Program-made: the position numbers and the translations under genes
NCBI GenBank assembly: GCA_964519665.1
Contig: CAZFIV010000011.1
Span: 35,234 to 99,233, forward strand
Direction: 5' to 3'
Source: an uncultured Myxococcales bacterium
Lineage (GTDB): Bacteria > Myxococcota > Kuafuiibacteriia > Kuafuiibacteriales > Kuafuiibacteriaceae
DNA: 64,000 nt
Shown: positions 38,444-47,700 of the stretch, in pieces
How the letters are laid out: every line of letters begins with the position of its first letter
Numbering within the stretch: the stretch's first letter is position 1
The notes under the pieces: generated by a model
Databases searched by the model: none
What the model saw: only the letters and a program-made list of their open reading frames with translations
Told to the model about the DNA's origin: nothing

Positions 38444-39301
38444 CTACTGCGCAAAGCGGCGCGCCTGGTAGGCGATCCGCCAGAGTTGGGCGATCACGAC
38501 CACCGTGGCTCCGAGCAGGAACATCGTGCCGGGGCGTTCATCGATCAGTAGCCAGGCCCAAACCGGGCTCGCAATAGGCTCCAGCAGCACCAACAGCGAG
38601 GCTTCGAGGGCCGACACCCCCCGGACCCCTCGAATGAACAGTAGGTGTCCGCTCGCTTGCTGTAACAAGCCCAAGAATACGATCACCCCCCAATCGATCG
38701 GCTGCGGTGCGGGGCCGTTCAACGCCCACGGCAAGCACACCGCGGCCAACATGAAGTTGCCCCAGGTGACCGCCCCGACGCCTTCGTCGGGACCGAGGCG
38801 GCGATAGCTGATGATGAGCAGGGCGAAGAGCACGCTCGCGGCCAGAGCGGCCAGATTGCCGGAGAGTCGTCCGGCGTCGGGGTCGTCGAAGAACAGCAGA
38901 GTCATCCCCGCCAGCGAAACGAACACCGACACCATCTCAGGCCGGTTGGGGCGCTCGCCGGTCAGCCAGGGGCTCAATAACAGCACCCACACGGGGGCGA
39001 TATTCTGGATGAAGATTGCGTTGCCGGCCGTCGTATGCTGGTTCGCGTACACGAACAGGACGCAGTTCGCGGCGTGAAAGGCGCCCGCCAGGAGCATCTC
39101 GGGGCGGGGGCGACGTCGGGCGGCGGGAACCAGCAGTGCGAGGGCCAATCCCGCGAATAGGGCGCGCCCGCCCGCGATCTGAAGGGCATCCAGGCTGCTT
39201 TGTTTGACCGCCGCTCCTCCGGTCGACCAAAGAAGCACCGCCAGGATGATCAGCGAACGGGCCCGCCCGGTGGTGATCTCGTGAGCGCTGGCGGTGGTCA
39301 T
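38444..39301 (-). CDS. EamA/DMT-superfamily transporter (10 TM)
   Basis: Two EamA repeats. 285 aa. Its start codon overlaps the gspN stop by 1 nt, so it is translationally coupled to the T2SS operon. Confidence 0.85.
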   Translation of the reverse strand: MTTASAHEITTGRARSLIILAVLLWSTGGAAVKQSSLDALQIAGGRALFAGLALALLVPAARRRPRPEMLLAGAFHAANCVLFVYANQHTTAGNAIFIQNIAPVWVLLLSPWLTGERPNRPEMVSVFVSLAGMTLLFFDDPDAGRLSGNLAALAASVLFALLIISYRRLGPDEGVGAVTWGNFMLAAVCLPWALNGPAPQPIDWGVIVFLGLLQQASGHLLFIRGVRGVSALEASLLVLLEPIASPVWAWLLIDERPGTMFLLGATVVVIAQLWRIAYQARRFAQ

Positions 39302-40197
39302 TATCGCCGGCGCCGAACCGGTCGGGGCCGGTTGGGGCGCTCGACACTGCCGGTGATCGAGTAGGCGTAGAAGTCGTCTTTCCCCTTGGCCCTTCTGATC
39401 GCCATCAGGGCTGGCCCTAGGACATCGATTCGCTGCAGGAGGGCGGGAGCCGGTTTGAAGGCGACTTCAAGGCGCAGCTCGCTCCGTCGGATGGGATTCG
39501 CGAGCCGAATAGAGCCATCGATTCGAAGATCGATATCCCCGCCCTTGAGCTCGAGCTGCTCGAACTGGGCTTCCCCGTCCTTGATCGGGATCTCCCACTC
39601 GAACGACCCGAGCACGATGTCTTCGGGAATCGTGACCGTCATTGGACCGGAGCCAACTTTGCCGCCCTGCAGAATCGTGAGGCCGGCTGCCTTGAGCTTG
39701 ACCAGTCCTTGGGATGCCTTGGGGTTCTTAGTGGCCAACAGATCGACGTCGAGATCGAGCTCGCCGCTCAGGCGCAGGCCGGTAGCGTCGGTCAGCCCCG
39801 GCACCAGGGCGATTTCGACCCCCTTCACGGTGCCGTCGATGTCGGCGCCCTCGTCGGTGATGACGAGATCGGCGTGCACGTTACCCCGCGCGAAGGGCGC
39901 GTCGACAGTGACGCCTCGCCCCCCCGTCAGCATGGGAAGCAAGTGGGCGCGGACGGTCACCGTGGACAGCTCGATCGGCTGTTCGACGCCGCGAGGTTCG
40001 ATGGTCACCGACCTGAGAACCGCGCCGGTGAACCAGTTCGGTTCGAGCGAATCTGCGGAGATGTTCATTTTGGCCTCTTTCGAGACCTCACGCAGCACTT
40101 GATCCTTCGCGACATCGTACGGAAAGGTCCAGTACACGCCCAACGCGAAGGCGAAGAGAAAAAACACGACGTAGCCCAGGGTACGTAGAACAGACAT
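39301..40197 (-). CDS. gspN: Type II secretion system protein N-like (GspN)
   Basis: N-terminal TM (LGYVVFFLFAFALGVYW) followed by a ~270 aa periplasmic beta-rich domain. Located after gspM at the end of the gsp cluster. Confidence 0.6.
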   Translation of the reverse strand: MSVLRTLGYVVFFLFAFALGVYWTFPYDVAKDQVLREVSKEAKMNISADSLEPNWFTGAVLRSVTIEPRGVEQPIELSTVTVRAHLLPMLTGGRGVTVDAPFARGNVHADLVITDEGADIDGTVKGVEIALVPGLTDATGLRLSGELDLDVDLLATKNPKASQGLVKLKAAGLTILQGGKVGSGPMTVTIPEDIVLGSFEWEIPIKDGEAQFEQLELKGGDIDLRIDGSIRLANPIRRSELRLEVAFKPAPALLQRIDVLGPALMAIRRAKGKDDFYAYSITGSVERPNRPRPVRRRR

Positions 40198-40200
40198 GGC

Positions 40201-40767
40201 TCAGCTCGAAGTCTTGAACGTGCCGACGGTGACCCAGGCGTCGAGCAGCTCTCGGTTGTCAAAGCGCTGTTTGATACGGAGACGGCGCACTTTGACGAGC
40301 GGGTTGTCGCTCTCGACCTGCCGGAGGAACTCGTAGAGTCGGTCGAGACTGATCTTCTTGAGTTGCACTTCGGCCGCTTCTTCCTTCACTTGGTCGAACC
40401 CGGTGAGTTCACCCGGTCGCTCTCGGATATATTTGAGGTCGATGCCCGCGGCGCGCCCCTTCTCGTCGAGGTACGACAACAAACGCAAGCCATTGTTCTT
40501 GCGGACGCGGTCCGCGACTTGCTTCTGCTCGGCGAGTCGTCGCTGGTAGTCGGTTCGGAGCTCGCCGACCTGGGCCAGCTTGCGCTCTTTGGCGGCGATG
40601 CGCTGTTCGCGGGCTTCTACGCCTCGATTGACGAAGTATCCGCCGAAGCCGAAGATCATCGCGATGATGGTGGTGACCAGCACCAGACTCATGACCTGCT
40701 CTCGCGGCGACAGGCGCTCGAATGCGGCTCCGACCTGCTCGAACTGTTTGTCCATCATCACTGACAC
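40201..40767 (-). CDS. gspM: Type II secretion system protein M (GspM/PilO-like)
   Basis: 188 aa: short cytoplasmic N-terminus, one TM (LVLVTTIIAMIFGFGGYFV), a coiled coil, and a periplasmic ferredoxin-like C-terminus. Located between gspL and gspN. Confidence 0.65.
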   Translation of the reverse strand: MSVMMDKQFEQVGAAFERLSPREQVMSLVLVTTIIAMIFGFGGYFVNRGVEAREQRIAAKERKLAQVGELRTDYQRRLAEQKQVADRVRKNNGLRLLSYLDEKGRAAGIDLKYIRERPGELTGFDQVKEEAAEVQLKKISLDRLYEFLRQVESDNPLVKVRRLRIKQRFDNRELLDAWVTVGTFKTSS

Positions 40768-42410
40768 CCCAATCGAATGCTGAGCTGGAATTCGACTGAA
40801 TTGCCGTCGCTCGTCTTATTCAGCCGGCCCTTCTGAATGGCCTCGTAACACTTGCTCTCGGCGAAGGCGGCCGAGATTTTGTCGACGGCCTCGAAGCTCG
40901 AGGTCAGGCCGTCGACCCGTGCGCGCTCCACGTTGATGTCCATCTCGGTGATCGTGGTGGCTTTCGCGAGCTCTTCGGGGATGAGCGCCGACAGCTCGGC
41001 GGCGACCAAGAAAGCCGAGCGCTCGGGAAGCTTGAAGGCCCCGAGTTCGCTGGTGGGCTGGCTCAATACTGGAATGGCCATCGAGGGCTCGCAGATTCGC
41101 CGACCGACCACCTTGCGGGTCGTTTCGCAGAACTGCTCGTCGATCTCGGCTTCGCGTTGCCCGAGGGTCCGGAACTGGACGATCACGTTGGCGATCACCA
41201 GCACCGTGAGCACCGCCAGGGCGGCGGCAATGAAGGGCATCCGAAGCCGGAAATTCTGCAGCGAGCCTGCGTACGCCAGCTCGCCTTTGCGCATATCGAT
41301 GCGCGAGACGTTGCTATCCCCCGCCGCGCGCAGCGCATGAGCGAGGGCCTGGGCCATCGCCCCTCGGCGCGGGGCCTCCGCGTCTTGCTCCACCGCTTGT
41401 TCGACCGCCACTCCGACCGAGACGGGGATGTTGAGTTGCTCGGCGAGGTAGGGGGCCAGATTTCGCAAGCGCGCGCCCCCGCCGAGCAGATCGATGCGGG
41501 CGACCCGAACTCGCTTTTCGCGCCTGATCGCCTGGATGGTTCGCCGAAGATCACGCACCAGCGGCGCGAATCCTTTGGCGACGACCTCGCTCATACGTGC
41601 CGCCTCGTCGGTCGGCGCCGGATATCGGGATGACGCTACCAGACCTTCTTCGTGTTTTTTGGCTTCGGCGGCCTCTCGCTCCAGCCCGTAGGCCTTTGCG
41701 ACCGCTTCGGTCACCTCGCAGCCCCCGTGACGAATCACTCGGACGTGGGAGGGGCCCTCCCGGGTACATACGCACACCAGGGACCGTTCGTGCCCGACAT
41801 CGAGCAGCATCCGGCCGTCGGGCCGATCGTCGACGACGATGCTGGTCCCCACCGACTCGGGCGGAGGTACCGACGGGATGTCGGGCTTCGAGGTGTCGTC
41901 GGCGAGATAATGGGAGTGCAGATTGAAGAGCGACAGAACGTCGATCGGGACGAACTTGGGGTCGACTTCGGCCTCCCAACACATGTTCAAGAGGGCTTTG
42001 ACATGCGTGGTCTTGGCCGCCGCGGCAACGTTGAGCGAGCCGCCCTGGTCGGTCTTCTTGACTAACTGGTGGTCGTAGCAGGCGTCGAACACGTCAAACG
42101 GCAATACGTCGGCGAGCTCCCCGGCCATCGTCTGATCGATCTTGCGAGTGTCGGCGAAGGGCAGAGCGATGAAGCGGACCGACGCATGTTCGATCGGGAG
42201 GCCCACCACGTACGTGTCGGCCTTGAGCTCTGGGTCCTCGACCAAGACGCGTAACGCGGCCATCTGGCGGGCCTGAAGCGCGTCCGCTTCGCCCGCGGGC
42301 ACCGGGGCTTCGCGGGCGGCGGTCACTCGAAAGCCCCGAAAGGCTGACTCGATGACCACCGCTTTTATCGACCACGCGCCGACGTCGAGACCAAGGATCT
42401 TCTGGGGCAT
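40758..42410 (-). CDS. gspL: Type II secretion system protein L (GspL; actin-like cytoplasmic domain + TM + periplasmic domain)
   Basis: N-terminal PilM/GspL actin-like fold (ILGLDVGAWSIKAVVIE), a TM (MPFIAAALAVLTVLVIANVIV) and a periplasmic C-terminal domain. Confidence 0.75.
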   Translation of the reverse strand: MPQKILGLDVGAWSIKAVVIESAFRGFRVTAAREAPVPAGEADALQARQMAALRVLVEDPELKADTYVVGLPIEHASVRFIALPFADTRKIDQTMAGELADVLPFDVFDACYDHQLVKKTDQGGSLNVAAAAKTTHVKALLNMCWEAEVDPKFVPIDVLSLFNLHSHYLADDTSKPDIPSVPPPESVGTSIVVDDRPDGRMLLDVGHERSLVCVCTREGPSHVRVIRHGGCEVTEAVAKAYGLEREAAEAKKHEEGLVASSRYPAPTDEAARMSEVVAKGFAPLVRDLRRTIQAIRREKRVRVARIDLLGGGARLRNLAPYLAEQLNIPVSVGVAVEQAVEQDAEAPRRGAMAQALAHALRAAGDSNVSRIDMRKGELAYAGSLQNFRLRMPFIAAALAVLTVLVIANVIVQFRTLGQREAEIDEQFCETTRKVVGRRICEPSMAIPVLSQPTSELGAFKLPERSAFLVAAELSALIPEELAKATTITEMDINVERARVDGLTSSFEAVDKISAAFAESKCYEAIQKGRLNKTSDGNSVEFQLSIRLGCQ

Positions 42411-42416
42411 GGTGGG

Positions 42417-43703
42417 TTACTCCTCCCGCCAGTATTTGAATTCACCGGGGCCGTTGCCCACGGGGCGCCAGACGACGGTCAGGCGCGTGGACGCGTCGTT
42501 GACCCGCCCGACGGCGGTGATCCGGTAGATGTTGGGCTCACTCTCGAAGTCGAACCCTTTCACGACCTCGTCGAAGGTCGTTCGGTCATACGGGACCTCG
42601 GCCTGATCGAGCAAAGAGCGCAAGGTCTCCTTGTTGAACTTGTTCATGCCGCCCGAGAGGGCGGTGAGGGTCGTATAGGCCTCCATGAACTTTTCGAAGT
42701 ATCCGGCGTACCCGGGCGTGGTGGCCGGGTTGACGAACGTCGGAAAGACGAGGTCACGGAGCTGTTGCGGCGACGGATTCTTGAGGGAGATCGTGTTTCG
42801 ATCGCCCCAGACCGTAAACTTCTCGGCGAACAGCTGCATGAAGGCATCGTTGACCATCGGAACCATTCGAAGCTCGGCCAATGAGTTGTACATGCCGTCC
42901 TTGGGTTTGTAGTACGCGTTGTAGGGCAGGTTGTTGTAGCGCGCGTCTTCCGCCGTGCTGCCGACCGAGTCACCCGTCAGCGCGGTGACCGGGTCGATGG
43001 TCTCGTTGGCGTCCGTCCAGTCGATGATATTGGCAATGATCTCGATTCGATTGCGGCGCGGGTCCCGCGAGTCGCCCATCCGCTCGAACAGTGCATCGTA
43101 CTTAGGGTGCGAGAAAATCGCCGCCATGAGCCGCGGCATCACATTTTGCGCTCCCACTCCATAGTTGCCGTTCAGGTTGATCTTGGTCTGCTCGTTGGAG
43201 ATGCTTTCGATCCAGAACGAGCCCGCGAAGTCCCCAAAGGGCCGATCTTCGTCGGTCTCGTCGTCATCGATGATGGCGGCATCGCTCGGGGTCCGGTCGC
43301 GGTCGACGATACCCTTGATCGTGTCCGACGAAACCAAAAAGCCTGACATCTCGAACAGCGGCACTGGCAGCAGGTTGGCCACGACGGGGTTCGAGCTCAC
43401 CGTGTTCTGAAAGCGCAGCAGGAAAAGCTCGAGTTCGAGCGCACTTCGGGCATGAAAGTGCGCCTGCAAGTTGTCTCGGGAATTGGCCGCCGCCCGCAGA
43501 TTGACCTGCGCCTCGTTCTCGAGGTCTGCGGCTAGGGCGGCCAAGACGGTGGTGATCACCATGACCATGACGAGGGCCACCCCGCGTCGGTTCACGGCGG
43601 GGTTCTTGCGTGACTGAAGCTTGGAGGACACGCGGACCGGACTGCGAGCAGGGCGCCGCGTCCGAGCCGACATGGGTTGATAAATGTAGTCGAGCCACCG
43701 CAT
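42417..43703 (-). CDS. gspK: Type II secretion system minor pseudopilin K (GspK)
   Basis: Hydrophobic N-terminal segment (GVALVMVMVITTVLAALAAD) and a GspK-type helix-hairpin-helix region (YNSLAELRMVPMVNDAF). Confidence 0.75.
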   Translation of the reverse strand: MRWLDYIYQPMSARTRRPARSPVRVSSKLQSRKNPAVNRRGVALVMVMVITTVLAALAADLENEAQVNLRAAANSRDNLQAHFHARSALELELFLLRFQNTVSSNPVVANLLPVPLFEMSGFLVSSDTIKGIVDRDRTPSDAAIIDDDETDEDRPFGDFAGSFWIESISNEQTKINLNGNYGVGAQNVMPRLMAAIFSHPKYDALFERMGDSRDPRRNRIEIIANIIDWTDANETIDPVTALTGDSVGSTAEDARYNNLPYNAYYKPKDGMYNSLAELRMVPMVNDAFMQLFAEKFTVWGDRNTISLKNPSPQQLRDLVFPTFVNPATTPGYAGYFEKFMEAYTTLTALSGGMNKFNKETLRSLLDQAEVPYDRTTFDEVVKGFDFESEPNIYRITAVGRVNDASTRLTVVWRPVGNGPGEFKYWREE

Positions 43704-44389
43704 CAGATCGGATCCAACTGACGATTGAGGTTGATTCGGGTCTTGGTTACGAACTTCAGCTCTTTGCCGTCTTCGTCGTTCGTGGTCATCGTGATCTCCA
43801 CGATCGACGGCAGTCGTCCCCGGAACTCGCTATTTTCGGTGTCCCACTCGTCGGACCATTCTTGACGGCGGTCGTTCCAGAGCCGGAGCTTGAAGCTCGT
43901 GATATTCTCGGCCAACGGGTAAGCGCGGCCACCTTCTTCCCACTCGGTATCGATGATCGATGATTCTCGACGCATCAGGTTCATCACATCTGCGTTGTCC
44001 GGGTCTCGGGCGCCGAAATAACTAATCTCGTTCTGGTCGGACTCCTTCGCGTCGCTGCGCAGAATCTGGTGCGAGAACGATACGAAGTGGATCTCGTGAA
44101 AGTCGCCTTTCGGGTCCGACTTGAAGTGGGTGACCCACTTCCGCCCGGTGCGAGCGTTGCGGTGGCGCTGATCGGCGGTCACAAAGGCCATCGACAGCTC
44201 GGTGGACATTCGATTCATCGCAACCCGTACGTTGTGATACCGCCGATCGACGTCAGTCACCGTCTCGTACGCATCGAATGAACGGGAGATGGATCCCCAC
44301 GTCAGGACCGCAATGATGGCCATGATGGCCACCGCCATCGCGACCTCGATCAGCGTCAAGCCACGTTGCCGACGGCTCGATACGTTCAT
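43703..44389 (-). CDS. gspJ: Type II secretion system minor pseudopilin J (GspJ)
   Basis: Prepilin-type N-terminus RGLTLIEVAMAVAIMAII. The track ORF 43703..45166 is over-extended into a shadow frame. The start was set at the ATG at 44389 (MNVSSRRQRGLTLIE), which overlaps the gspI stop. Confidence 0.75.
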   Translation of the reverse strand: MNVSSRRQRGLTLIEVAMAVAIMAIIAVLTWGSISRSFDAYETVTDVDRRYHNVRVAMNRMSTELSMAFVTADQRHRNARTGRKWVTHFKSDPKGDFHEIHFVSFSHQILRSDAKESDQNEISYFGARDPDNADVMNLMRRESSIIDTEWEEGGRAYPLAENITSFKLRLWNDRRQEWSDEWDTENSEFRGRLPSIVEITMTTNDEDGKELKFVTKTRINLNRQLDPI

Positions 44390-45141
44390 TGTCGTGGTCC
44401 TTGGCCAGGCAGGGGGACCAGCCGGCCGGGTATTTGGGCGGGATTGGGCGCGCCTCCGGGAAGCGTCGGTGGCACGGCGTTCTGAGAGCCTCGGCCCCCA
44501 GGCGTAAGCGACGCAGGCGTGAGCTGCGACGGCGCCACGCTGAGCCGGCCGGTCGTCGTCACGTATTGCACGAACTTGATCGATTCGAGGTCGATATTCT
44601 CGCGGCCCCACTCGATTTCGAGGGTGATCTCGCGGATCGACCTCGAGAGCGTCTCGCCGACCTGCTTGAACACGAGCTCCATCCCGCCGTTGTTGAGGAG
44701 TTCTTGCACTTGGCCGAGCTCCTGAGGGGCGTCCGCAACCTCTTCGATCGAGGAGCCGTTGAGCCCGGCGATCATCGACGAGAGTTGCCCCGGAAGCTGG
44801 TCGCCGGCGATCTCCGTATCTCCGCCGAGAAGCGGCCCCAGGAGCTGGCTGACGTCGACCTCGATGGGGCGCACCGTGGCTCGCCAGCGCATCGACTCGT
44901 ACCCTTCCTCCGAGAAGTTGCCTTTGAAGTCCTGTTCGGATTCCGAGAATCCATCCTTTTGAATCTCGAGCTCGATGTCGAGCATCTTCGAGCGGGCGAG
45001 CATCGTCGCGATGGTCATCGATCGAGCGTAATTCGAGGATTCGAAACTGTTGGCATTGATGCCGGAGACGGCCACCAACGCGAGTGCCAAGATGGCTAGC
45101 GCGACCATCACCTCGAGCAGCGAAAATCCGCGTCGTTTCAC
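44386..45141 (-). CDS. gspI: Type II secretion system minor pseudopilin I (GspI), unusually long (~250 aa) with a Pro-rich C-terminal tail
   Basis: Prepilin N-terminus KRRGFSLLEVMVALAILALALVA. Probable GTG start at 45141..45139, overlapping the gspH stop (GTGA). The upstream part of the track ORF is Arg-rich junk. Confidence 0.65.
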   Translation of the reverse strand: MKRRGFSLLEVMVALAILALALVAVSGINANSFESSNYARSMTIATMLARSKMLDIELEIQKDGFSESEQDFKGNFSEEGYESMRWRATVRPIEVDVSQLLGPLLGGDTEIAGDQLPGQLSSMIAGLNGSSIEEVADAPQELGQVQELLNNGGMELVFKQVGETLSRSIREITLEIEWGRENIDLESIKFVQYVTTTGRLSVAPSQLTPASLTPGGRGSQNAVPPTLPGGAPNPAQIPGRLVPLPGQGPRQ

Positions 45142-45830
45142 AACCGACCCCCTTCCTCGCTCGCATCGTAGGTCTCCCCTCGACCGTCCTCGAGCCTCTT
45201 TCGGTACATGCGGACCCGTCCGGTGAGAGGAGACACCTTCAGTGTGATGTAGTCGCCGGCCCCGTCGGTCAGGACGATTTGGGCGGGCTCCGTCCACCCT
45301 CCGCGAAAGAAATGAAGGTAAGCGACGCCTGAGGTGAACGGCTTCTCTTGGTGGCCCGTCCAGACCGACTCGATCTGGATGTCGGACGGTATCGCTCGGG
45401 GAGCGCCGCTTTCGGAGTCGGGTACGAACGAGGCGGCGCGACCGCCCTCGAGGGCCGTTCTCACCTCGACGTCGTCGTCTTCATCGAAGATCGAGGGCTC
45501 TTCGTCGTCATCTTCCTCATCGAGCGGGGTTCCCTTGTCGCCGCGCGCGAGTTGGCCGGTGAGGGCGTAGGGGTCGTCGGTGTACTCGAGCCACCAAACC
45601 TGTTTATCGAGGTCGAAGCCGATGCGCTGAATGCGCTTCTCCATGATGGCGCGATCGTAGCTGTACTTGATCGCTCCGGTGATCTCGACCGCCGAAGACC
45701 GCAAATGCGCGCCGGTGAGCGAGTTAACGCTTACGATAGCGACGCCCATGACCAAGGCCACGATGGCCAACCCAATCGTGACTTCGATGAGAGTCAATCC
45801 GCCTTGCGCGGTCCGTCGGCGAGCGATCAT
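45138..45830 (-). CDS. gspH: Type II secretion system pseudopilin H (GspH)
   Basis: Prepilin N-terminus QGGLTLIEVTIGLAIVALVMGVAIV. 230 aa with an acidic insert (EEDDDEEPSIFDEDDD). Confidence 0.7.
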   Translation of the reverse strand: MIARRRTAQGGLTLIEVTIGLAIVALVMGVAIVSVNSLTGAHLRSSAVEITGAIKYSYDRAIMEKRIQRIGFDLDKQVWWLEYTDDPYALTGQLARGDKGTPLDEEDDDEEPSIFDEDDDVEVRTALEGGRAASFVPDSESGAPRAIPSDIQIESVWTGHQEKPFTSGVAYLHFFRGGWTEPAQIVLTDGAGDYITLKVSPLTGRVRMYRKRLEDGRGETYDASEEGGRL

Positions 45831-46381
45831 TGCTTCTGCCAGTTGGTGATGTCGTCCTCGTCGTCGGCGACCCCGTTAGGTCCTTTCGAGTAGAGGTCGA
45901 ACTTGCCCGGAAGGTGGGTGCCCGGCGAGACGTAGATGTATTCGCTTTCCCACGGGTCTTTGGGAATGCTGTCCATGATGGCGGGCCGCCCGCCCGGCGG
46001 ATTGGTGAGCGCGTTCAGCCCTTCGGTCGTATTGGGGTATCGGCCAACCTTGACGCGAAAGAGGTCGATGGCGTTCGAGAGCTCTTTGATCTGAATGCCG
46101 GCCGTATTCTTCTTGGTCTCATCGAGCTGCCGAACCACCGTGACTCCGACGATGCCGGCGATCAGCCCCAGGATGGTGACCACGACTAGAATTTCGATCA
46201 GGGTGAGGCCGGCCTGGCCCCGTCGGCGTCGGCGTCGAGGCGGTGACCGCGGGTCGGGCGGCGGCGCATCGACGGCCGTGGGCGTCGGTGCGACCTCGCC
46301 GACGGAAAGAGTTTCGACGTTTGTCGTCTCGAAGGTGACCTCATCGCAAATGTGTAGTTCGTTCATAACCAAGACCCTCAT
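45827..46381 (-). CDS. gspG: Type II secretion system major pseudopilin G (GspG) with an atypically long (~57 aa) N-terminal leader
   Basis: Classic GspG core AGLTLIEILVVVTILGLIAGIV...IKELSNAIDLFRVKVGRYP. The only ATG start (overlapping the gspF stop in ATGA) gives the leader MRVLVMNELHICDEV...RRRRRRGQAG before the cleavage site. Confidence 0.85.
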   Translation of the reverse strand: MRVLVMNELHICDEVTFETTNVETLSVGEVAPTPTAVDAPPPDPRSPPRRRRRRGQAGLTLIEILVVVTILGLIAGIVGVTVVRQLDETKKNTAGIQIKELSNAIDLFRVKVGRYPNTTEGLNALTNPPGGRPAIMDSIPKDPWESEYIYVSPGTHLPGKFDLYSKGPNGVADDEDDITNWQKQ

Positions 46382-47625
46382 CAGCGAACGTGCTGTGACA
46401 GCTGCAAAATCGGCAGCAAGATCGAGAACACGATAAACGCGACCCCCACTCCCATGCCGATGATCATGATGGGCTCGATCAACGTCGTCAGCTGCTCGAC
46501 GCGCTGCCCAACCTGGAAGTCATAGTTGTCGGCCACGTGTTCGAGCATTTCCTCGAGCTGGCCCGACTTTTCGCCGGTCGCGATCATGTGCACCACGATC
46601 GGCGGGAACTCTTTGCTCTTCTTGAGTGGAGCGGCGATCGAGTCGCCCTCGCGGATCGCTTCTCGGGCTTCGGACACCACCTCTGAGAGCCGCTGGTTGT
46701 TCAAGACGTCTTTGGTGATGTCGAGCGCGCCGAGCACCGGCACCCCCGAGCGCAGGAGGGTCGCCAAGGTGCGGGCGAAGCGGGCGATGGCGACCAGTCG
46801 AACGACCGGGCCGAAGATCGGTGCCCGGAGCGTGAAGCGGTCCCAGTAGGGGCGGCCGGAGGGCGACTTGCGCCATCTCAAGAACAGGAAGATCGCGAGC
46901 GCGATGGCCGGGAAGATGACGAACCAATAGCCCTTGATCATGTCGGCAGTGAAGATCAACAGCCGGGTTTGCGGGGGCAGCTCCGCTTTGACCTGCGTAA
47001 AGATCTTCGTGATGCGCGGAATGACCACCACGAAGAGAATCATCATGATGAGCGACCCGATGCCGAGCATGATGACCGGGTAGAACATTGCGTTCTGTAT
47101 CTTCGAGCGCAGGGCGGCTTGCGCTTCCGTGAAGTCGGCCAGGCGCGCCAGAACCTGATCGAGGGCGCCGGAAGCTTCGCCGGCCCGAACCATGCTGACG
47201 TACAGGTCATTGAAGACGTCGCGGTGCTGACCCATCGCGTCGGCGAGCGACGAGCCCTCGTTCACCTGGGTTTTGACTTGGCTGAAGATGCGCTTCAGCT
47301 TGGGACTGTCGACCTGGTCGACGATGGCTCCGAGCGTCTCGATGAGCGGGATACCAGCTCGCAGCAGGGTGGCCAGCTGTCGGGTGACCAGCGCAATATC
47401 CGACACGGTGATGCGGTCGAAATAGCGGCTGAAGTCGACCTCGGTCGAACTCGTCGAGAGGAAGCCGTCGCCCTTCTTCTTGGTTTCGTCTTCCTCTCGG
47501 TGCTCGACGACCCGGACGCCCTGCTTCTTGAGCAGGCCCCGCAGAGCGCGCGGAGAATCGGCGTCGAGGAACCCTTTGACCTCCTTGCCGCGCTCGTTCA
47601 GCCCTTTGTATACGTAGACCGGCAT
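46381..47625 (-). CDS. gspF: Type II secretion system inner-membrane platform protein F (GspF)
   Basis: 414 aa with two GspF/PilC T2SSF domains (LATLLRAGIPLIETLG...; ARTLATLLRSGVPVLGAL...) and 3 TM segments. Confidence 0.9.
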   Translation of the reverse strand: MPVYVYKGLNERGKEVKGFLDADSPRALRGLLKKQGVRVVEHREEDETKKKGDGFLSTSSTEVDFSRYFDRITVSDIALVTRQLATLLRAGIPLIETLGAIVDQVDSPKLKRIFSQVKTQVNEGSSLADAMGQHRDVFNDLYVSMVRAGEASGALDQVLARLADFTEAQAALRSKIQNAMFYPVIMLGIGSLIMMILFVVVIPRITKIFTQVKAELPPQTRLLIFTADMIKGYWFVIFPAIALAIFLFLRWRKSPSGRPYWDRFTLRAPIFGPVVRLVAIARFARTLATLLRSGVPVLGALDITKDVLNNQRLSEVVSEAREAIREGDSIAAPLKKSKEFPPIVVHMIATGEKSGQLEEMLEHVADNYDFQVGQRVEQLTTLIEPIMIIGMGVGVAFIVFSILLPILQLSQHVR

Positions 47626-47700
47626 CGATTCTCACCTCGGGTTGGTGGACGCCGCCGCCGCGGTCGAGCGCCCTGCTCAGAACAGAACGCCAAGGGGCGC

